From Candidatus Hydrogenedentota bacterium (GTDB taxonomy: Bacteria > Hydrogenedentota > Hydrogenedentia > Hydrogenedentales > CAILVY01): a stretch of 64,000 nt of DNA. The stretch's first letter is position 1; the number at the start of each line of letters is the position of its first letter. Shown piece after piece: positions 59,801 to 64,000 of this stretch. The stretch is from positions 24,035 through 88,034 of the forward strand of contig JAKQOG010000290.1 in NCBI GenBank assembly GCA_029565395.1, in the 5' to 3' direction. Both the position numbers and the translations under genes were made by a program. Below the pieces are notes generated by a model that ran no database searches, had not been told where the DNA came from, and worked only from the letters and a program-made list of their open reading frames with translations.

Positions 59801-61621
59801 CGTCAACAACCGCCCGCTGTCAGGAACATGCTCTTTGCTCTCGGGATCGAGACGCGCCAAATCGGACATAAAAACGTTCCCGCCGCTTCCTTGCAGGCGA
59901 ATCGCGGGATATGATTGCGCCAGTTCGCGCGATGCACCCATGAGAAACGGCTCCGGCGGAGTCAGCACACTCTCCAACACCAGCACGTCCGAAACAATGC
60001 CCCAATCCAATAATTCACGCCGCTGTAACGCCGCCATCTGCCGCAATTCATCCGCATTCGCCGGACCAGGACATGCCTGTTTACGCCGGTGAAAAACCTG
60101 CGAGCCATTCAATGCGGCATGACGAAACAACGGTGGCAATCCCAATACTTGCACATTGCTGATGAGGCCGCCTAATCCCGCCTGATCCAGCAACTGCGGG
60201 GTCTGTGGCGCGATGCCGGGCAAATCCCACGCGCAGCATGCCGGACGCGTAATGTTCAGCCAATCCCGCGCGGCGGCACGGCCATACGCGATATTTCGCG
60301 CGATCACTTCACCCCCCACGAGCCGCTCGTCCGGCATCGCATACGCCGCCAGCGCGCCAATATGCTCTCCCGCCTGCTGAAGCACATGCACATACTCCGG
60401 ATACGCAATCAATGCCGCCTCCCATTGCTGTGCCGGGCCAAGATCAATTCCATACTCCCGCTCCTGCTCCATAAGCATCCACTGCCGGTGCAGCGATCCC
60501 ACGCGCGCATCCATTTTCGCGGCTTCATCCACTTCAGGCTCCGCCGCATACCGCTGCCCGCTCACCACATACACCGTTCCCCCTTTTACGCGCGGCTGCA
60601 CCGCCAAATTCCAGGCGAACACCGCGCTCACATCGCCGCCCTCCGCATCCTTTGACGCCAACCGGACCTTTACCGGAATCGTCAAGCCTGCGGGTGTGGC
60701 CCCGGCAGGCACGGGAACCCGTTCTTTCCAGGCTTCTCCGGGTTTTATGGCCGCGATCCGCCGCACCTCCGGATTCACCGGAGTATTCGCGGTCACAATC
60801 ACGTCCACTGGCGGCGAAACCTTGCTCCCCGCATTGAACAGCGTCAGCCAGGTGTCCTGCCGCACGTCGTTCGCGCTCCCGGAAAAGGCCCCTGCGTTTT
60901 CCAGACGCGGCACGTAAAACACTTCGCCCAAGGGCAACGCCGCATACAGCTTCAATGCAATTTCATAACCGCTCACCCCCCGCAATAGCGGACGGTTTAC
61001 AAATACACGCGTGCCGAGTTCGTTCTCACTCATATCTGCTGCTTTCGCCAGCGCTTCAAACGTTATCCCCGGCACTTCACACACGAAAAAATTCATCCCC
61101 GGACGAAACGCAACCGTAAAATAATCCGCCCCCATCGAGGTTACCGGTCCGCCGTGAACATCGCGCACGGGAAAACCGTTCATCCACGCACGCACCCCCA
61201 GCGGACTTTGCAATTCCATGAACACCGTCCGTGCATCCGGCGTCTCTGCATAAAACCCCGCATACGCAACCCCTTCCGCCGCATCCGGAAAAAACGGGGC
61301 AAGATTCAGCGAATAATCCGCCGTGCCCGCCCGTTGCCAGATGGCTTCCCCCCCCTCTTTTCTCACCTTGACCAAGTGTTGCGGACGCATCTGCGCAACC
61401 CCCCTGATCGGCTCCATGAAATCCTTATCCCCCAGCGGAGGCTCGCCCCGCTGAAGCGCCCCCGCAATGCCGCCCTCCTTATCCGAAGCAAACGGCCCGC
61501 ACACCAGCCAATGCGCCACATAGCCACGTTCCAAAATCGTGTCGAGCTGTTCCTGAGCCGCAGAATACGGCCCCGCCAACAACAGCGCCCCAATCAGCGC
61601 GGCATACAGGCTATGTCGCAT
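56888..61621 (-). CDS. Giant secreted multidomain protein (~1578 aa), putative glycoside hydrolase (alpha-mannosidase GH38-like C-terminal architecture; family uncertain)
   Basis: Start taken at ATG 61621 giving a classic signal peptide MRHSLYAALIGALLLAGPYSAAQE (longest ORF reaches 61750). The segment ALVVFNPSSWPRTDVCEVEVEL is typical of GH38-type C-terminal beta-sandwich domains; coding-like composition throughout. Confidence 0.6.
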   Translation of the reverse strand: MRHSLYAALIGALLLAGPYSAAQEQLDTILERGYVAHWLVCGPFASDKEGGIAGALQRGEPPLGDKDFMEPIRGVAQMRPQHLVKVRKEGGEAIWQRAGTADYSLNLAPFFPDAAEGVAYAGFYAETPDARTVFMELQSPLGVRAWMNGFPVRDVHGGPVTSMGADYFTVAFRPGMNFFVCEVPGITFEALAKAADMSENELGTRVFVNRPLLRGVSGYEIALKLYAALPLGEVFYVPRLENAGAFSGSANDVRQDTWLTLFNAGSKVSPPVDVIVTANTPVNPEVRRIAAIKPGEAWKERVPVPAGATPAGLTIPVKVRLASKDAEGGDVSAVFAWNLAVQPRVKGGTVYVVSGQRYAAEPEVDEAAKMDARVGSLHRQWMLMEQEREYGIDLGPAQQWEAALIAYPEYVHVLQQAGEHIGALAAYAMPDERLVGGEVIARNIAYGRAAARDWLNITRPACCAWDLPGIAPQTPQLLDQAGLGGLISNVQVLGLPPLFRHAALNGSQVFHRRKQACPGPANADELRQMAALQRRELLDWGIVSDVLVLESVLTPPEPFLMGASRELAQSYPAIRLQGSGGNVFMSDLARLDPESKEHVPDSGRLLTARYPGAVLAQPDLKRAHAIAENRLLIAERFASVAALLGADYPDVALDRAWRSIMYWSAPDRLGVASSEEAYADTLSAYRELAELIDGVLRKSLAYVAKEADTLKTAPISMEGVKALVVFNPSSWPRTDVCEVEVELDNAKGLALLDNFGNAVPFQADRIRYTDASKQAVRAARVRFVAQNIPAAGYRTFYIQPEGKPQEAVVRGDAQIENEFFLVALDAATGAIRKLLDKRTNVDYAKGPMNQLILLEEDSAQTDSGRELWTTGKQTVSTEKPEEVKSEILEGMQKLAVRGPFGGGTLTREITLYRGVPRVDCETRTEGVNLEGKMLVALFSVPSEQRAPVFGERFGAVAGRRSRSTFDFRSKGAENPSGTGAQPALDWVAVSPTDCIQIGFEGAVPLGPCQIVYGKVPALKEAARTVMNALVRRGIPAGMTSDAPDKPDFLWTDSTEFVNLDADLDHGAAMRIVIGDPAQNTVCGRLVKELPETAAKQFLEQVPQGAALYLEDGMVPEGYAPVPTIILAGAAPDRSAAMASDFAESVGSRGHYDLPPSGYLPEKTPAKATNGVAVFFQGAKLCSLERDGTLAVGLAHGAAPENVQTFQYALCPFDGDWRDAAVAREARAYNELFLTSVSDLHTGHQPGLQGFLEVNPPGWLMSTLKPAGYAMASMQANAAHPRNGLVMRGWEATGRPWKGNLQFFVPFTSASYSTLLEDPGKTLKGEDASIRLESNGFDVDTVWMLPTTRFTHGERATLGPEADLFGPVHSRYWEHHLGTAPLGNMPLSLVLRGSLEEAETKVEAVIANHLSDKTLEGIVYLQAADGWSVGPGQFYYNLKPGESKEEDISVVSPTLGADTGGLVAWTTYKDQIIRDVLDRMEQPLAMTVSRNEAQVKVTIQNKSGIPSEGFVDLIVPVEFWPELGGSPKVTVLPRRAAVAVPPFQSQDVLFRFSDPATATWAMVKLAANGHTLYQAVPE

Positions 61622-61811
61622 CGTCCCAGTCATGCCCCGCATTGTGGCTGGAATCCCCGCCGTAAGGCAAATAATCCAACCCCATACACGCTGGCCTCGA
61701 AGAATACTCTTAACCTGCATTTTCCACCAACGCTTAATCATACTCGTCATTGCGAGTTCCCCACCCGCCGCAGGCGGGGTGAATTATAAAGAAACACCTA
61801 AACGCATCCAC

Positions 61812-61914
61812 GCCGTTATCGCTATCGCTATCGCTATCGCTATCGCTTTTGGCATCGCTATCGCTATCGTTATCGCTATCGTTATCGCTATCGCTATCGC
61901 TATCGCTATCGTGT
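61812..61914. repeat. Hexanucleotide microsatellite (ATCGCT)5 - TTTGGC - (ATCGCT/ATCGTT)10
   Basis: Direct reading of 61812-61914. Sits in the ~500-bp divergent region between the giant secreted gene (-) and queF (+). Confidence 0.9.
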
Positions 61915-62247
61915 TCCCCATTATGTCTGCTTCCTCTTCTTCCACCTCATCCAATTGCTCCTACTGGTCCTCTTCTCCCAGTCTTCCCAGTCTCTTGCCG
62001 CGGCGAAGTTCCGGTCTCGCGGAACGAAGCCGGGTCCCAGACCTCCAACCGGTTTGCATCCCCTGCACCTTGCGTTTCTAAAAAGTCCCCGGCGAAGAAA
62101 ACGTGCCAAAAAGAAAACTACTACTGCGATGACCATTTACGCTACGCTTATACACGGCGACTCTGAACATACAAGCAATCTTGGAATGACAAATGAAATG
62201 AAGAGTTGACTAAAAACCAGGGTAGTTTACCGAACATCGAGGCGGAT

Positions 62248-62697
62248 ATGAGCACACCATCCAAAAATCGCGGTCAATTTCAGGCGCAGGACAAGACGAT
62301 CCCGTTCAAGGGCCCGGAGGCAATCGACTCCGCCTGTCTGGAATGTTTTGAATACGCATATCACAACACGCCGCACGGTCAGGCCATGGAAATCGTCACC
62401 ACCACGAACGAGTTCACCTCCGTGTGCCCGTTTTCCGGCCTGCCGGATTTCGCCGAGGTGAAAATCGCCTACATCCCGGACAAGCGCTGCATCGAGTTGC
62501 GCTCGTTGAAATATTATCTGCTTTCCTACCGCGATGTGGGCATTTGGTATGAACACCTCGTCAATCGCATGCTGGAAGATCTCGTTCGCGCGTGCAAACC
62601 CCGCCGAATGACCATCACCATCACCTGCAATCCTCGCGGCGGCCTCGCAAGCACTGTCACCGCCTCTTACGACCGGGAAACTAATCCCGCGCTTTAA
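62248..62697 (+). CDS. queF: NADPH-dependent 7-cyano-7-deazaguanine reductase QueF (unimodular type I)
   Basis: Active-site Cys block TSVCPFSGLPDFA and the QueF motif E(L)RSLKYYLLSYRD; start at ATG 62248 with RBS AGGCGGA (longest ORF from 62206). Confidence 0.8.
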   Translation: MSTPSKNRGQFQAQDKTIPFKGPEAIDSACLECFEYAYHNTPHGQAMEIVTTTNEFTSVCPFSGLPDFAEVKIAYIPDKRCIELRSLKYYLLSYRDVGIWYEHLVNRMLEDLVRACKPRRMTITITCNPRGGLASTVTASYDRETNPAL

Positions 62698-62719
62698 CCC
62701 GGACCGTTTAATAGAGATT

Positions 62720-62826
62720 GGGAGGGCGAGGCTCTCGCCGAGCCGTAAAACTAAACAACCCAATGCAATATGATTAAACAATAATCCCGATCTTGTTTGA
62801 CGGCTCGACGGGAGCCTCGCCCTCCC
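62720..62826. repeat. MITE-like palindromic element, copy 3 (107 bp)
   Basis: Termini GGGAGGGCGAGGCTCTCGCCGAGCCGT / ACGGCTCGACGGGAGCCTCGCCCTCCC; lies between convergent queF and udk. Confidence 0.85.
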
Positions 62827-62842
62827 ATACACAGGGAAATGA

Positions 62843-63445
62843 TTAGGCCAAGCGGGATCGGATCTCCGCAATGACGCTCTGCCACGCGTCCACGGTTTCT
62901 CCGGAAACAATTCTTCCGGCAAACGCTTTTGCCGGTTCGACAAATTGTTCGTGCATGGGCTGTACCTGACTCTGAAATTGTTGAAGCACGCTCTCGCGGG
63001 TCCGCCCGCGCTCCGCTACATCCCGCTGCATACGCCGGCTCAGCCGCTCCGTCTCATCCAACTCCACGAAGAGCGTTAAATCAAAAAGAGCGCGCAAGTC
63101 CGGATGCCCCAACACATGCAGCCCCTCCACCACAATAATGGGCTTGGGATGAATGCGGCGGCAGCCCGGCGCACGCACATGCCGCGTAAAATCGTACACC
63201 GGCGCTTCAATCGGCGCCCCGGCTTTCAAGGCGAGCAATTCCTGAATGAGCCGATCCGTCTCCAGGGCATCGGGATGGTCATAGTTGGTCAAAAGCCGTT
63301 CTTCAAACGTCTTGGCCTGCTGATCCCGGTAATACCAATCGTGTTCCAAAACAACCGTCTGTTCCGGGAAACAATCGCAAATATATCCCGCAAGCGTGCT
63401 CTTACCCGAACCCGTCCCGCCCGCAATGCCAATACATACTCCCAT
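62843..63445 (-). CDS. udk: Uridine kinase
   Basis: P-loop IGIAGGTGSGKST at the N-terminus and uridine kinase/PRK-family blocks (DHPDALETD, VVEGLHVLGHP, RRMQRDVAERGR). Confidence 0.8.
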   Translation of the reverse strand: MGVCIGIAGGTGSGKSTLAGYICDCFPEQTVVLEHDWYYRDQQAKTFEERLLTNYDHPDALETDRLIQELLALKAGAPIEAPVYDFTRHVRAPGCRRIHPKPIIVVEGLHVLGHPDLRALFDLTLFVELDETERLSRRMQRDVAERGRTRESVLQQFQSQVQPMHEQFVEPAKAFAGRIVSGETVDAWQSVIAEIRSRLA

Positions 63446-63642
63446 CTTCGGTCCCTCGTGCTGGTATCATAGACAAAATGGATCTTTCTTGTACACCCGA
63501 TGCAATTGCAGGGACAATAAATAAGATGAAGGTGTGAAACCGCCTAAGGCAGGCCTCATAACGATTCAAAAACTTCTCGCGCTTTTATAACACATTGTTT
63601 TTAAATGAGTTAAGGAAGGTGTACTCGCTTTCGCACACGCAC

Positions 63643-63705
63643 TTGACAGGGGGGGCGGAATTTGCTATGCTTTCGCTGTTAGCACTCACTCGTGGAGAGT
63701 GCTAC
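63643..63705 (+). promoter_or_regulatory. groEL promoter (TTGACA-17-TATGCT) followed by a CIRCE/HrcA operator
   Basis: TTGACA 63643-63648, 17-nt spacer, TATGCT 63666-63671. CIRCE TTAGCACTC-N9-GAGTGCTAC at 63679-63705, one mismatch to the consensus TTAGCACTC-N9-GAGTGCTAA. Confidence 0.75.
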
Positions 63706-63749
63706 TACCGCCCGCTCTCCAGATGGGCGCTCCAACATCTACAGTTTAA

Positions 63750-64000
<251 letters not shown>

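Noticed and set aside
61812-61914. CRISPR array, or a coding (AI)n / (SL)n repeat protein (ORFs 61632..62081 and 61849..62166)
   Set aside because: The unit is 6 bp with no spacers: it is a microsatellite, not a CRISPR array. The ORFs spanning it translate to pure low-complexity (AIAIAI / SLSLSL) with no start context, so they are treated as non-coding.
62100-62247. Possible preQ1 riboswitch upstream of queF
   Set aside because: The A-rich ACUAAAAACC segment precedes, rather than follows, any candidate P1 hairpin. No match to the preQ1-I loop consensus (UUCUAGCUACAC / GGUUCG...CCC) could be built by eye; preQ1-II/III are not expected in this lineage. A covariance-model scan (Rfam RF00522, RF01054, RF02680) would settle it.

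Overview
High-GC (roughly 58-60% by eye) bacterial chromosomal segment, gene-dense, coding on both strands. I call about 50 protein genes and find no rRNA, tRNA, CRISPR array, transposase or integrase. Gene content suggests a Gram-negative polysaccharide degrader, possibly PVC-superphylum-like (weak inference): hybrid histidine kinase, SSF and MFS sugar transporters, a GH127-like enzyme, an FG-GAP beta-propeller protein, a DUF4965 glutaminase-A-like protein, a ~1580-aa secreted enzyme, a fused E1 alpha/beta dehydrogenase, TonB/TolA-TolB, an orphan flgK with a sigma-28 promoter, and groEL with a CIRCE operator. Housekeeping genes: rho (partial), trpB2, pgsA, alr, queF, udk, groEL (partial). Accessory or unusual content, in order of interest: (1) a tandem pair of paralogous membrane-anchored proteins (462 and 469 aa) whose C-terminal ~70 aa resemble the T2SS major pseudopilin GspG globular domain but which lack a prepilin leader, sitting directly downstream of a low-GC hicB-hicA cassette; (2) a 7-gene, translationally coupled operon (zinc-ribbon membrane protein, DUF4129, DUF4350, MoxR AAA+ ATPase, DUF58, SpoIIM-like, RDD); (3) a low-GC islet with a YhcG/DUF1016 PD-(D/E)XK nuclease, an M14 carboxypeptidase with dockerin-like repeats, and a Gp49(HigB-like)/XRE toxin-antitoxin pair; (4) a family of ~107-bp near-perfect palindromic MITE-like elements (three intact copies, all intergenic) plus a ~950-bp noncoding region packed with nested, degenerate palindromes of the same family; (5) an (ATCGCT)n hexanucleotide microsatellite in the divergent promoter region between the giant secreted gene and queF. 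Many listed ORFs lying antisense to or overlapping these genes are high-GC artefacts and are not reported.
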